58,494 nucleotides of DNA from a virus (taxonomy: Duplodnaviria; Caudoviricetes): the IMG/VR virus record IMGVR_UViG_3300032163_000016, positions 1 through 58,494 of that record. The stretch is one strand, 5' to 3'. Position numbers and translations under genes: made by a program. Within the stretch, counting starts at the first letter, position 1; every line of letters begins with the position of its first letter. Below the pieces are notes generated by a model. That model did not search any database. It was given only the letters and a program-made list of their open reading frames with translations, and was not told the origin of the DNA. Below are positions 1 through 12,100 of the stretch, piece after piece.

Positions 1-155
1 GGCTCGATCACTTCAACCTCGGAACAGGGCGTAGTTATTGGCAGCACAACTCAAGATGGCACTTTGACATTATGGAGTCCAACCTATGACTATCTAGGTG
101 TGCTTTCTCCGGCCACACTTACTGGTGGACGAGCTTGGACAATGCCGAATGCGAG
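1..155. repeat. Terminal direct repeat (identical to 58340-58494); circular-assembly overlap
   Basis: Bases 1-155 match 58340-58494 exactly. The sequence is also an internal repeat unit of the tail-fibre gene. Confidence 0.9.
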
Positions 156-890
156 TGGCACGGTTGCAGTTAATGTTGGTTCAATGGCCTATGCCGATTC
201 GACAAAATATCATGGTTCAGAAAGCATTACAACCCTTTCCCCATCCATTGCTATTTACACATCTGGCTCAATCACCTCAACTTCGGAACAGGGTATTGTC
301 ATTGGCAGCACAACTCAAGATGGCACTTTGACATTATGGAGTCCAACCTATGACTATCTAGGTGTGCTTTCTCCGGCCACACTTACTGGTGGACGAGCTT
401 GGACAATGCCGAATGCGAGTGGCACGGTTGCAGTTAATGTTGGTTCAATGGCCTATGCCGATTCGACAAAATATCATGGTTCAGAAAGCATTACAACCCT
501 TTCCCCATCCATTGCTATTTACACATCTGGCTCAATCACCTCAACTTCGGAACAGGGTATTGTCATTGGCAGCACAACTCAAGATGGCACTTTGACATTA
601 TGGAGTCCAACCTATGACTATCTAGGTGTGCTTTCTCCGGCCACACTTACTGGTGGACGAGCTTGGACAATGCCGAATGCGAGCGGCACGGTCATCACAA
701 CAGGCAATCTCTTAAACATAACGGCAACCAGTCCACTTGCAGACAGTTGCCTTGCCACAATTTCGACAGCTGGAAAGGTTTCAGGAAGCGCGATCACAAC
801 TGATAACATTTACACATCTGGCTCGATCACTTCAACCTCGGAACAGGGCGTAGTTATTGGCAGCACAACTCAAGATGGTTCTTTGACATT
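1..890 (+). repeat. Tandem coding repeats in the tail fibre (264-bp and 291-bp units sharing a ~155-bp core)
   Basis: The core GSITSTSEQG...MPNASG starts at 58049, 58340/1, 265, 529 and 820 (partial), giving spacings of 291, 264, 264 and 291 bp. Confidence 0.95.
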
Positions 891-2250
891 GTGGAGCGCG
901 GCAAACGACAAACTGGCCGTTATTTCTTCTGCCACACTGAGCAACAGTAGGGCTTATAGTTTGCCAAACCTATCTGGCACGTTTGCGTTGACAACCAACT
1001 CTACATTCGGTTCTGGTTCAATCTGGAATGGGGCGGCAATTGATACTCAATACACGGATGCGAAAGTACGGAAGATCATCGCGGGAAGTAACGTAACAAT
1101 TTCGCCAACCTCTGGGCTTGGCGATGTAACGATCAATTCTCTTGGTGGTGTGGATAGCGTGTACAGGCTAATCTATTCCAGCGCATCGGACACAACGGCT
1201 GCAGGAACGGTTGGAACAAAGGTTTTCTTCGAGAACCTTCCAGGATGGTATACAAAAGTCAGGGCGTACTATACTCGTCAAGCGTCTGATTCGGCACTTG
1301 TGGCAAAATTTTTGATGACAGTAAAGAAAAATTCAGTAGGTGGTTCTGCGTGTCTTTATTTTGGGGATGCTCCGAGTGTCACAATTAACCATACCACAGT
1401 AGATACATTGATTACGCTAAGAACTGTTGTTGGTACTGCCATTGCCGATTCGGTTTACACCATAGAATTTCAGTTAAAGGCGGAGGATCAAACAGATTCT
1501 GTTCTTGTAAAGCATCTCAATATCTACGCCGTGAAATATACAACGGGTGGCGGTGGGGGCGGGGGCGGCAAATCTTATATTACGCAACCCGCCGACAAAC
1601 CGCCGGATAATTCTAACTCCTTTGACGATGAATTTAACATCTCAACGATTGACACCACAAGCAAATGGAAGTGGCGCAATCGGGGAGTGACGACATACTT
1701 GGCTGCCCAGCAAAGTTTCTGTGTTATGAGAGACACAGGAACTGGCGCAACAAGCAACTGGAGAATCTTGGAGCAAACCATCACGGACACTACCTGGTCG
1801 ATCACCGCGAAGATCTCCTACGCGTCAGCGGCGGGAGCGTTCAACAATGTCGGCCTAATCGCTTTCGACTTGACCAACGGAAGACTCCTGGACTTCGGCC
1901 CTGCGCAGGATGCTTCTTACTGTTACGTCCAGTTGAACAAGTACAACTCCGTGACTTCCTACAACAGCAGCGGCTACTCCAAGACGGTAAATGCTAACGC
2001 CGGTTTGACCGCCTACTATCGACTAAGGAAAGATTCGGCAAAGAACTTCTACGCGGATCTCTCGCAGGATGGTGTCGTCTGGTCCTGTGTCTGGTCTGAG
2101 GCTGGCTCGACGTTCATCGAATCAAGCGGCAAAGTCGATCGGATAGGGATAGGTGTCAACGCGTACGGTTCTGGAATCATAGCGCCTGGAGTATTCTGGT
2201 TTTTCCGTTACAACTGGACAGCAGATTTCGACCCAACGACGGATAACTGA
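1..2250 (+). CDS. Tail fibre/adhesin, 3' part (continues from 57134 across the junction; ~1150 aa in total)
   Basis: Frame is open from position 1 and in frame with the ORF running off the right end. It has Thr/Ser/Gly-rich repeats, a poly-Gly linker and a C-terminal beta-sandwich/lectin-like domain (DDEFN...KWKWRN). Confidence 0.75.
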   Translation, partial: GSITSTSEQGVVIGSTTQDGTLTLWSPTYDYLGVLSPATLTGGRAWTMPNASGTVAVNVGSMAYADSTKYHGSESITTLSPSIAIYTSGSITSTSEQGIVIGSTTQDGTLTLWSPTYDYLGVLSPATLTGGRAWTMPNASGTVAVNVGSMAYADSTKYHGSESITTLSPSIAIYTSGSITSTSEQGIVIGSTTQDGTLTLWSPTYDYLGVLSPATLTGGRAWTMPNASGTVITTGNLLNITATSPLADSCLATISTAGKVSGSAITTDNIYTSGSITSTSEQGVVIGSTTQDGSLTLWSAANDKLAVISSATLSNSRAYSLPNLSGTFALTTNSTFGSGSIWNGAAIDTQYTDAKVRKIIAGSNVTISPTSGLGDVTINSLGGVDSVYRLIYSSASDTTAAGTVGTKVFFENLPGWYTKVRAYYTRQASDSALVAKFLMTVKKNSVGGSACLYFGDAPSVTINHTTVDTLITLRTVVGTAIADSVYTIEFQLKAEDQTDSVLVKHLNIYAVKYTTGGGGGGGGKSYITQPADKPPDNSNSFDDEFNISTIDTTSKWKWRNRGVTTYLAAQQSFCVMRDTGTGATSNWRILEQTITDTTWSITAKISYASAAGAFNNVGLIAFDLTNGRLLDFGPAQDASYCYVQLNKYNSVTSYNSSGYSKTVNANAGLTAYYRLRKDSAKNFYADLSQDGVVWSCVWSEAGSTFIESSGKVDRIGIGVNAYGSGIIAPGVFWFFRYNWTADFDPTTDN

Positions 2251-2371
2251 GGAGAGATACTTTGCTTGATCTGATACCTCTCATGATTGCAAACGGCTGC
2301 GCGGTCGCGCTTTTCGGAATCCTTGTCTTCTGTGTCTGGTACTTCTGGCCCGAAGAGAAGAAGGAAACTCA

Positions 2372-3529
2372 ATGAGAAAAGTCACGATAATCATAGGTCT
2401 AATCGTCATCGCTTGCAGTCTTTCCCAAGCACAGTTCATTGTTGCCTGGGAAAAGCTGGAATCGCTTCCAAGTGCTGGATCGATGGGCCGTCGTGTTGTC
2501 TGCAACGACACTTTCTGGGTCGACATCGGCACAGCTTGGAAGATGGACAATGTGCTCCACTACATCAAGTCTTACAGTCCATCGGTCGTCTACACCTATT
2601 CCGAAGTAGCCGATCAGTACCGCAAACACCCTAACGGAGCCATCACGGTCGCGCGCTATCTTTGTTCTGACAGCCTCTGGTCAGTACCGGACAGCATTGA
2701 TCTTGCAAGCGGTCTCGTCAGCGGGAATCTACCGGTCAACCGTCTGGGCGGTGGCACAAACGCAAACTCGACTACATACTGGCGCGGAGATGCAACTTGG
2801 ACGACACCATCAGGAGGCGCGCCTGATTCGAGCATCTGGGCAAAAAAGTGGTGGGTGACGAACGGGCTTGATGGCAAAGCGAACAACTCGCACTCACATT
2901 CGCCCACAGATGTAACCGGAACGGCGGTCATCACGACGGACTCAAGATTATCTGATGCTCGCGCACCGCTTACTCATAATCAAGACGCTTCCACCATCAA
3001 TGCGGGATCTCTTGACGGAGATAGGCTTCCAGCACTTTCGAGCACCAAACGCGGCGGCGTACCGGCGACGGGAACACCGACTGGACTATTTTTGAAAGAC
3101 GATGGAACCTGGGCAGCGGTCGCGGGTGGCGGAGGACTTGGCTATACGATCAACGTTCAAGCTCTCACATCCAGTCCAGCTGATGCTGTAACTGTCTATT
3201 TCGGTATGCTTCCGAAAGCGCCAGTGACATCGGCTGCCATCAGCAAGGTCTATATTCGTAAAGGAGGAACGATCAAGATAGCGCAAATCTATTGCTATTC
3301 GGGAACCGCAGGAACGAGTGAAGCCTGGTCTCTCTATGTGAGAAAAAACAACACGACGGACTATCTCATCGCAACACTATCCGTTGCGACAAGCGAGAGA
3401 GTCTTCAGCAACACGGGGCTGTCAATCGCCGTTGCCGTAGGCGACTACATTGAAATCAAAGGCATCCAGCCAACCTGGACAACCAACCCAGCAACCACGA
3501 TTTATGGCGGATATATCTACATCGAATGA
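2372..3529 (+). CDS. Tail-fibre-like protein with N-terminal signal peptide
   Basis: Starts MRKVTIIIGLIVIACSLSQA|Q. Contains fibre-like motifs (TTYWRGDATW, DSRLSDARAPLTH, FLKDDGTWA), a Gly linker and a C-terminal beta-rich domain. Confidence 0.75.
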   Translation: MRKVTIIIGLIVIACSLSQAQFIVAWEKLESLPSAGSMGRRVVCNDTFWVDIGTAWKMDNVLHYIKSYSPSVVYTYSEVADQYRKHPNGAITVARYLCSDSLWSVPDSIDLASGLVSGNLPVNRLGGGTNANSTTYWRGDATWTTPSGGAPDSSIWAKKWWVTNGLDGKANNSHSHSPTDVTGTAVITTDSRLSDARAPLTHNQDASTINAGSLDGDRLPALSSTKRGGVPATGTPTGLFLKDDGTWAAVAGGGGLGYTINVQALTSSPADAVTVYFGMLPKAPVTSAAISKVYIRKGGTIKIAQIYCYSGTAGTSEAWSLYVRKNNTTDYLIATLSVATSERVFSNTGLSIAVAVGDYIEIKGIQPTWTTNPATTIYGGYIYIE

Positions 3530-3596
3530 ATAGGAGAAGATTTCTCTGAGGATCCAATGCCAAGAAGGAGAGCCAAGCAGACGAAGATGAAGGGTT

Positions 3597-3986
3597 TCAT
3601 AAAGTGTCTCCAATGAATTTGAAAAACTTGTAGAAAAGGAATCCGAGGCCGAGGAGAGAACCAATCCAAATGAAAAGGACGAGAAACCCGATAGCAAGTT
3701 CAAGTGCGGTTGGTTTACGCAACCCCCACTCATCTTGCCAAGATTCACCCGTAGTAGGTGAAGGTGCACGGGGCCATCGGTTGTCGATTTTATGAATACT
3801 GTAGAGAAAGATAATCCAAAAGGGAAGGATAAGAACGGCCTGAACGCAAACAGACAGGAACCCGTTGGTGATGAATTGTTCAACGAGGAGAGCGAGGGCA
3901 CCGAAGAAGGGGAATAGGACAGTGACGCAGGTGATTATAGCAAGGTCTGGCTTCTGCAAACCCGACCGCAAAAACAAGGATTTCAT
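3597..3986 (-). CDS. Small multi-TM membrane protein, antisense moron-like gene
   Basis: About three hydrophobic segments; SD-like GAGGTG upstream; has its own sigma70-like promoter. Confidence 0.7.
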   Translation of the reverse strand: MKSLFLRSGLQKPDLAIITCVTVLFPFFGALALLVEQFITNGFLSVCVQAVLILPFWIIFLYSIHKIDNRWPRAPSPTTGESWQDEWGLRKPTALELAIGFLVLFIWIGSLLGLGFLFYKFFKFIGDTL

Positions 3987-4005
3987 TTAGCACCTCGAAC
4001 AGACG

Positions 4006-4034
4006 AGGATAGTTGATTTTGAACCGAATGTCAA
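4006..4034 (-). promoter_or_regulatory. sigma70-like promoter TTGACA-17-TATCCT
   Basis: The minus strand reads TTGACA (4034-4029), a 17-nt spacer and TATCCT (4011-4006), 20 nt upstream of the start of 3597..3986. Confidence 0.7.
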
Positions 4035-4049
4035 GAACAAAGTGAGGCG

Positions 4050-4250
4050 ATGCCAAATCCCCGACCGATAGCGGCTTTTCTCAACGAGGCAACGGAGGCA
4101 CAGCGCGACTTCGGGTATAACCTTATTGACAGGTTTGTAGAAGCAGGTTATGACCTTAGATCAAGTATTTACTGGAAGGAGCGCGTGAAGAGCCGCCAAA
4201 TTCAGGATGCAAGAAAATTCGCAGAAGAACTGACGGAGGATTCGCGTTGA
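4050..4250 (+). CDS. Hypothetical protein
   Basis: 66-aa ORF with GAGG SD. Confidence 0.55.
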   Translation: MPNPRPIAAFLNEATEAQRDFGYNLIDRFVEAGYDLRSSIYWKERVKSRQIQDARKFAEELTEDSR

Positions 4251-4274
4251 AAGCGAAAAAAAGGAGACACAGCA

Positions 4275-4904
4275 ATGCCAAATCCATACCAAAGAGGACC
4301 AAACATACCCAGAGACGTAATCACGCAACTGGCGGATCTGCCGTACTCTGGTGCTGGGGTCAAGACACTAGAGGATTTGAAGAGGTCATATGGGATAGGA
4401 CCATCGAGGATAGGTGACATTTTCGGGGCAAAAAGACGCAACCTAGCCAACAGAAGGGGCCAAGCGCTATCAAGTGCCTCTGCCCGTCTTGGAACCCGTG
4501 TAGCCACGCCTGAGAGCATTTTCACGCCCATTGAGGGTGAGTTTGCAGGCGCGTTCGGCGAGTTAGAAGCTCAGGAAGCCGGGGCGGAGGTCGGTCAGGA
4601 GAATTTCCTCACCCAGTTGTTGAACAGTGTGCGGCAGGGCGAGAACCAATTCCAACTCGGCAAGCAAGGTCTTCAATTATCCGCACTAGGGCAACAGTTC
4701 CAGCAGGACTATTACGAACAGAACCAACCCGGATGGTTAGATGATCTCCTTTCAGGTATCGGTGTTGGTGCTCAAGGTGCTGGTGCGCTAGGATGGAAAC
4801 CATTCGCCTCGGGTGGATCAAAAACATCAGGGGAGTCAAGTGGTGGGAGTGACACAATTGCGCTACTGGCATCATTGGCGCAACTCGCCGCAATGTTTGC
4901 ATAG
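4275..4904 (+). CDS. Putative internal virion (ejection) protein
   Basis: AGGAG SD; Gly/Ala/Gln-rich and helical with a C-terminal hydrophobic patch; lies just before the large ejection proteins. Confidence 0.55.
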   Translation: MPNPYQRGPNIPRDVITQLADLPYSGAGVKTLEDLKRSYGIGPSRIGDIFGAKRRNLANRRGQALSSASARLGTRVATPESIFTPIEGEFAGAFGELEAQEAGAEVGQENFLTQLLNSVRQGENQFQLGKQGLQLSALGQQFQQDYYEQNQPGWLDDLLSGIGVGAQGAGALGWKPFASGGSKTSGESSGGSDTIALLASLAQLAAMFA

Positions 4905-4915
4905 GAGGATGAACA

Positions 4916-6142
4916 ATGGCCGGACAGATTTACAGAGCGATCAGACGAAACCCCGATGCGATCACCGCATTAGCGACACTTCTCGCAGGTGGCACGGCAG
5001 AAAGGGAGAGACGGCAGCAATACCAGGATATTGTCAATCTTCTGACAACGACAGAGATTGGACCATCGCCTGAGATAGAAGCACGCGCCGCCGCATTGGA
5101 AGGAATGCCAACCATCGAAGCGCAGCCGCCCAGCAAGAGAGAGATTCACTCAGATGCGGGGACAATGCCAGCGACACAGGTTCCGCACGAACCAGCGGTA
5201 GCAACAAGGCGGATGAGGGGCATCGGGGAACTCGGAGGACGGGACTTTCTGCGTTTACTATCACTCCTCAGAGTACCAGCGGGAAGCGCGATTGAGATGT
5301 TGGCAAGAACAGAGGAAAGTCGTAGACCGAAAGTGACATTCGCACCTGCGGGCGCTCAACCAGGAAGGATTAGCCCGACCGGAGAGTGGACCCCACTTGG
5401 CGCGCCCGTTCCGAGAGCAGATGTAAGCATCACGGGTTACGAAGATTTTCGAGCTGGAGGAGTAAGAAGAAAGACAGCCGAAGAGTGGGAGCAGGCGAGA
5501 ACGAAACCAGAAAAGCCGACATCGGTGTGGCTCGGGACTGAGGATGTAAAGGACGGCGGAAAGACCAAGAAGGCAGACATCTACGGTTACTACGATGAGA
5601 CTGGGAAGAAAGTCGTGACGGATCGGAAGTATCAGGATTTCTCGAAGCAAGAGGGGCTCTCAGACGCCGACAAGCGTTACTACGAAACGCAGATCAGGGG
5701 TCTCACAGAGAAGAACCTGAAACTTGGGAAGCAGATCAAGGATGTGTACGGGCAATATCAATCATTCGAGGGTGGAAGGGGTCTACTTGCAAAGGGTGGT
5801 GGTCTTCGCTATACGGACTCGAAGGGAGAGTTGGTTGAACTAAGAGGCGATGAAGCCGCAGCGAAGACTCAACAAATCGAGCAAGCCGTTAAAGCCGCGA
5901 AGGATGAACTCGAAGAGAACGAGAGGATGATCGAGTATTACAACTCGCTCATTGGCGGGAGATTCAAAGCGCGGGAATATAGAGAAGGATCATCCAGTGG
6001 GGTAGAAAAACTCACTGCAGAAAGACAGACTGGTCAGGGTGCGGCAACGGAGCAGGGCGGACTTCCCGCATTGCTACCGGGTGAAACCAAAGACCAGTAC
6101 ATCCAACGGTTAAAGGCTAATGGCTATACCATTACCCAATAG
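4916..6142 (+). CDS. Putative internal virion (ejection) protein
   Basis: AGGAGG SD; charged coiled-coil protein directly upstream of the giant protein. Confidence 0.55.
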   Translation: MAGQIYRAIRRNPDAITALATLLAGGTAERERRQQYQDIVNLLTTTEIGPSPEIEARAAALEGMPTIEAQPPSKREIHSDAGTMPATQVPHEPAVATRRMRGIGELGGRDFLRLLSLLRVPAGSAIEMLARTEESRRPKVTFAPAGAQPGRISPTGEWTPLGAPVPRADVSITGYEDFRAGGVRRKTAEEWEQARTKPEKPTSVWLGTEDVKDGGKTKKADIYGYYDETGKKVVTDRKYQDFSKQEGLSDADKRYYETQIRGLTEKNLKLGKQIKDVYGQYQSFEGGRGLLAKGGGLRYTDSKGELVELRGDEAAAKTQQIEQAVKAAKDELEENERMIEYYNSLIGGRFKAREYREGSSSGVEKLTAERQTGQGAATEQGGLPALLPGETKDQYIQRLKANGYTITQ

Positions 6143-9100
6143 AACAGTACGTCAGTCAGATATTGATACTTTATTCGTGCAGGAGCAGCACCCGCGAGAA
6201 AAGACTGTCTCTCTGTCGGATATTAACGAAATGTTCTCACGGCAAAAAAAGACTGTGTCTCTGTCGGATATTGACGCGATGTTTTCACCGCAAGCCATTC
6301 AGGGGCCGATTCAACCGCCCGAATTTGATACTGTCCCTGCGGCAGTGACAAAAGTGGAACCGATTGTCCTTCCAGAGAAGCCAGAGGAACGCAAACGAGC
6401 TGGATTGGGAGTCCCGTCGTATGTCGAACCGGGGAAAGAAATCTATGAGCGTGCACCGAGTTTGGAAGAGCCGGAGAAGAAAGTCGGTGTATTCCAGATG
6501 CCGGAAGTCGAGGTTACGGCTCCGAGAAGGGAAGCGCGATTAACCCCAGAAGAGCAAGCCCGCGTCAGCCCAATGCAACTTGAGCAATACCGCCGCGAGG
6601 CGCCGCCCAGCATCACAGAACCCACAACCGAGTCAGAACTAGCCTACGAATCTTATCGTCAGGAACTTGAGAAATCTCTTGGAAGGAAGCTGCCAGAGGC
6701 AAAGAATCTCGCAGAAGCCGAAAAGGTTCTTGCGCAGATGGGGTCAAGGGACAGGTGGCTTTTGGCTGCCCCCTTGTATTCCGAGGTAGCAAAGCGCGCA
6801 CCGTTCATCGGCGGGATCTTCGCTGGAATTGAGGAATCCGCAAAGGCAGCCACCGAGCCAGACGTTTTGTCTAAAGCACTCAAGTTCGTAAAGGGAACGG
6901 GTGAAGCAGCTCTTGGGGTAGTGATCGCGCATGCCGCCGCATCGCCGTTGATTCAGGGATTTGAACTCTCAGCCCAGACTCAAATGGACATTGGCGAGCC
7001 AGTGCGTGAGGTTGGAAAAACGGTGGGTGAAAAGTCGGCGGAGGCTCTCGGATTTTCAAGTCGGGCGAAAGAACTCAGCGGTGAACTCGGTGGGATGATA
7101 ACAGAGTTGGGCACTTGGATACTGCTTGCAAAAGCCCCAAGTCTATTCGGCAGGATCAAGTCGGGCAAGGCGACGCCCCAAGAAATAAAACAGGCGGTTG
7201 AGGAGATTCGCAAAACCAATGCCGAGGAAATTCGCCAGATCAAGGATGAGAAACTGAGAAAGAAGGTTGAGGAAGTCGCACAACAGATGGAAGAAGTCAC
7301 TCGGATAGGGATTCGCACTGAGGAGCAGCGCGCAAGAGAAGGGATCATTCCTCGCCCAGCCGAAGAGAAAATTCCCCAGATAGCGGCGGAAATTCAACCA
7401 CCGAGAATCGAAACTCCTGTAACTGAGCCGCAGGTGCAGAAGAAACGACTCACCGAAGAAGCCATTGAGACAGGTCAGACATTCAATCTTGATCAAGCCC
7501 GCGCCCGATGGGAAGAAAGGAAGGGGATCGAGAAGCAAGCAATTGAGAGGGGAGAACCGAAGAGCCGTGAGCAGGCAGATGCGCTAATGAAATTGGGTCT
7601 TGAATCGCAGCGTGCCCGCGAAGAAGTAGAAGGTTTCATTGCCGAGCAGAGAAGGATTCTGAAGTCCAAGATGACAGGCAAAGAAGAACCGCTTGAGCAC
7701 AAGGCGTATACGCGCGGACAGATTGAGGAGAAGCTGAACGAAATCGCGAAATGGCAAAGGGTTAAGCAGTATCCCGGGAGGTTGCCGCCGGAACAAGAAT
7801 TGGCTAGGCTAGAGCCATTGCCGCCTGAAGTGACACTGGAAAAACCATCTGCCGAGGTCCCAGCAAAGGATAAATACGCACCCGTTCGCGATTTGATTGA
7901 GGAAAACGCAAGGAAAGACCCAGAGCGGTTTCCGGTGAACATCGGGGAGCGACTATTCGACGACATTCAGAAAGCCATTGAGCAAAAGGATTACGCCAGA
8001 TTGAGGGATATGGTTCATCCGATGAACCCGGTGTGGCGCGCATACTTCCAGCGGATCACAGGGAAACAACTTCCACAGACGGTCGGTGGTTCTGAGACAG
8101 CGGCTAAAGAGATTGTTGGAACAGGGGGGATGGAGACGTTTGAGGCGGCACGAAAGGCGGGCGAGGAAAGGCGGGCAGGCGAGCATATCCAATTCATTGC
8201 AAATCGTCTATCACAGCAAGGGTATCGCAATCCAGATGGTACGACGATCACCGCGAAAGAACGGATCGACCAAGCCATCGCAAGCGGTCAGACGGAACTG
8301 ACAAGTCACCAGAGGGGCGCAACAAAACAGTATTTCCTAACCAGGCCAGGAGAAGGAAGTGGCCCAGTAATCGTAGGGGCCGATCAGATTGAGTATGCGA
8401 GAGCAACGACCAAGAAAGTCACCCCCGAAAAGCCAGTTTCACCAATTGGTGAACAGGGACGGATAACTGGAACAAAGCCAGAAAAGTATAAAAACGCCAG
8501 AGACTTTGCTGAGACACTTGTAGGCCGACTTGGGCAATATAGCAAGTTGACAAGCGGATATGCAAACGAGGGCTTTGAACTATTCGATGAAAACAGATTT
8601 TTTGACAGACTTGGGCGTGAGTTTAAGTTGACGAGAGAAGAAATCAAGTCAATCTTTCCGGTAGAGAGGACGGAACCGGTATTTGAGGGTAGCGGGGGAT
8701 TGATGAAGCGCCCATCGAAAGAAGATCTCGCCGAGTTCTATAATCGCGCAATCAAGGAAAAACCTTCTCCCGCCCCCAAGCCCCCAGAGATGATGACGAG
8801 GGAACAATCTGATTTTCTCGAAGCGTATCCAGAACTTGTTGATATAGTCAAAAGAGCGAAGGTCAAACAGGCGGACATGCTTGCGAATCCAATCTATGAG
8901 AAGGCTGAAGAAATCGAGGGGACATCGAGAGCTGGGTTTGGTCTGAAACTGAGTACTATCTTTGGTAAGCAGAAACCACTACAGAACTTTATTGATCTCG
9001 CCGAGAAGTACGGGAAGAAAGTCGAAGTGCCAGAAGAGAAAGGGGTTGCAGGCATACTGGGTCGACCCGAGAAATTCCGTCAACTCGCAGATCAGATGCA

Positions 9101-12100
9101 AGGCCAGATTGACGAGCGACGGCGTGAAATGACGCAAAACCCAACACCGAAGCGGATGAAGGAATATCGTAGTCGAGTGATTGAGGGTGACGATCTTGAA
9201 CGCGCGCAGCAGGCACTCCGAACTTTGGCGGATGCTCACGAACGCGGAACGGTTCCCCCGATATTGAGAGAGCTCAAGAGCAAGTCAGAAGTTCTGCCGT
9301 TAGTCAGAAAGGGCACAACAGGCGGGGGTGGGTACTACGATGTGATCGCCTCAATGGAGTACAAGGACACGAGTCCACAAGGAAAAGCACTTCAAGATTT
9401 GATGGAGGCCAAGCCGGAGTTAAGAGTTGCGGATGTTGAGAAGCAGAAGGCTCAGAAACTCGCGCAGATGGAGGCCGAGGTTCAGTTCCGACCACTGCCA
9501 GGATTTTTTCCAACGCCGAAGCCGCTTGTGCGCAAGATGATCGAGGCCGCCGACATTGAGGAAGGTCAAAAGATTCTCGAACCATCCGCAGGGAAGGGCG
9601 ATATTCTTGATGTTCTCAAGGAGGAAAAGCCCGAAGCCACAGATGTAAAAGCGGTAGAGCTGATGAGTCCCTTGGTGAACATCCTTGAAGCCAAGGGATA
9701 CGATGTCACCAGCAAGGACTTCCTAGAGTACAAGGAACCCGCCGATAAAATCTTGATGAACCCGCCATTCGAGAAAGGTCAAGACATAGACCACGTTCGA
9801 CACGCGTACGACCTGCTGAATCCCGGTGGCCGCGTAGTCGCAATTGTGTCGGAGGGGTCATTCTCTCGCTCAGACAAAAAAGCAACTGGATTCCGCGAGT
9901 GGTTGGATGAAGTTGATGGGAGGTCTGAAAAGATAGAACGTGGGGCATTTACTGGCAAAGAGGCATTCCGACAAACGGGTGTGGCCTCAAGGATGGTTGT
10001 GATTGACAAGCCCGCCGAGGCGAAGCCAGAAATCGCGCCGATCCGCGAAGAGGCAGTTGCAGGGTTGCCGCAGTTGAAAACCGCAGAAGAAATTCCTACC
10101 TTAGAACCAATGAAACCCCCAAGGGGGCCGGGCAAGCAACCTACCGAGATCAAAACCCCACAGCCCGAAGGTAGGAAGTTCAAAAACTGGTTTGCCGATT
10201 CAAAGATTGTGGATAAATCTGGCAACCCCTTAGTAGTATATCATGGGACAGGAGCAGATGTTAAGTCGTTCGACCCGCGTTTTCAGGGACTTGGAACCCA
10301 GTCCGAACTTGCGCAAAAGGGTATTTTTTTTACAAACTCAAAAGCGGCAGCGCAAACGTATGCCGACCGAGCACCAAGTAGAGAATTTTTAGAGTCACTT
10401 CCGGGAAGCAAGAAAGTGTCGGAAGTCCAATACGCGCTGCAAGATCAAATGAGTAAGGAACTTTCCGATTATCATGATTCATTTTTGAAAACCCATAAGA
10501 TCACTGAACATCAGTTAAGCGAGAACGAAGTTCTCTACAAGAAGTACAGTGAGGCTTATGATAAGATCGGCCAAAAGTACGAAACTCAAATTCACGCCTT
10601 ACAAGATGATTTCTTTAAGGTACATCCAAAACGTGAAGCGGTAGCGGTACCACGAATCGTTTCTGCCCATCTAAGAATTAGACAACCAGAAATCATAGAT
10701 GCGCGTGGAGCGGTGATTACAGACATCGAGATAGAATCAATAGTTGACAAAGCATTACGTGATAAACGAGATGGTGTTGTGATTCGTAACGTGATTGATG
10801 TCTTTGGGGAAGAATCTTTGGTTTCGGATGTTTACATCGCCTTTTCGCCAGAGCAAGTAAGAATTATTTCCCCTAACCTCTCCCGCGCCCCTGAAGGTGG
10901 GGCGCAAGTTGTACCCGCGTTAAAACCCACCGAAGTTCCCTCCGAAAAGCCACTCCGCCCCACCGGAACCGAGGGCAAGAAACTCGCGATGGAGTTGCTG
11001 CCGACCGCCGCCTATTTATCCGTTGATGCCCTGCCAGTAGATGATGACACAAAGGAAAAGCTCAAGATTGCTTTTGGTGCGCTCGCGATTGCGGGGTTAG
11101 GACTCGCCGCCAGTAAACGCGTAAAGGACTTGAGTAAAGAATTCCGCAATGCGGCATTTAGCAGAGCGATGCGTGGTGAGATCAAACCGACCGAACTTGA
11201 GGCCGACGTGCGAAAACGCGTGACGGATTTCTTCAAATCTGAAGAGTCAAAAAGTCTCAGCATTGAAGAAAAGAAGGAACTCATCCGCGCACACGGGATG
11301 GAGCCGTTCAGAGCAGAAGCGAAGAGAGCGGCTACCGAGATCAACAAAGCACTAAGCGAGGAAGTCCCAGTTCCAGAGCACCAGAAGGGAAGTCTATCCA
11401 GCCAGATTGCGGCAAAGAACGAAAAAACGGAAAGAAAAAAGCCACTAGCATCTCGGATCAATCAAAAGATCGCCGAGTATAGGCTGGATGCGCAACGAGA
11501 CGGACTGCGAGGAATTGAGTTGGTAGACTATGTTCGTGGTCGAGTAAACGAGTATGTGAAGACCGAGAAGCCGACAGGATTCACCGAAAAGCAACGAGAA
11601 ATGATTGGTCGGAAGACGGGCACGCTAGAACTGAAAAACGCGATTAAAAGACTTCAAGAGACAGAACAAAGAACGCAGAGAATTGCCCAAGCACGGGATC
11701 GCGCTGCGGATATAGCGATAGAGACACAGAGGCGGCTAATCAATAACTACGCAAAACCAGAGGAAGCGAAGAAGATCATCACCAGGGTTGATGAACTCGC
11801 AGATCACTTCCGTGACATACTGCCAGAGTCAAACTACAAAACTTTGAAGGGTGGCCTTATGAGTCGCAACGCAGTTTTCACACGCGACTTCGGACCCGCC
11901 GGTGCGGAACTGCAACTTCTCTTCCTTGACGGAAACATCAAAGAACGAACGCTAAGGGATGTCTTCATCGATCAGGTTTCGCAGCACAGGGAAATCTTTG
12001 AGGAGATCAATAGAAACAAATCTTCCCTAGCGAAAAAGGTTGAAATCGGTAGAGAGGTCAAAGATGCGTTAAACGACCGAGAACATGCACAGACCTATCT

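Noticed and set aside
1-155. Biological direct terminal repeat of the virion DNA
   Set aside because: It falls in the middle of a gene and equals an internal repeat core, so an assembly overlap explains it better.
1-890. CRISPR array or DGR template/variable repeat
   Set aside because: The repeats are long, in-frame coding units without unique spacers or adenine-specific mismatches, and no reverse transcriptase is present.
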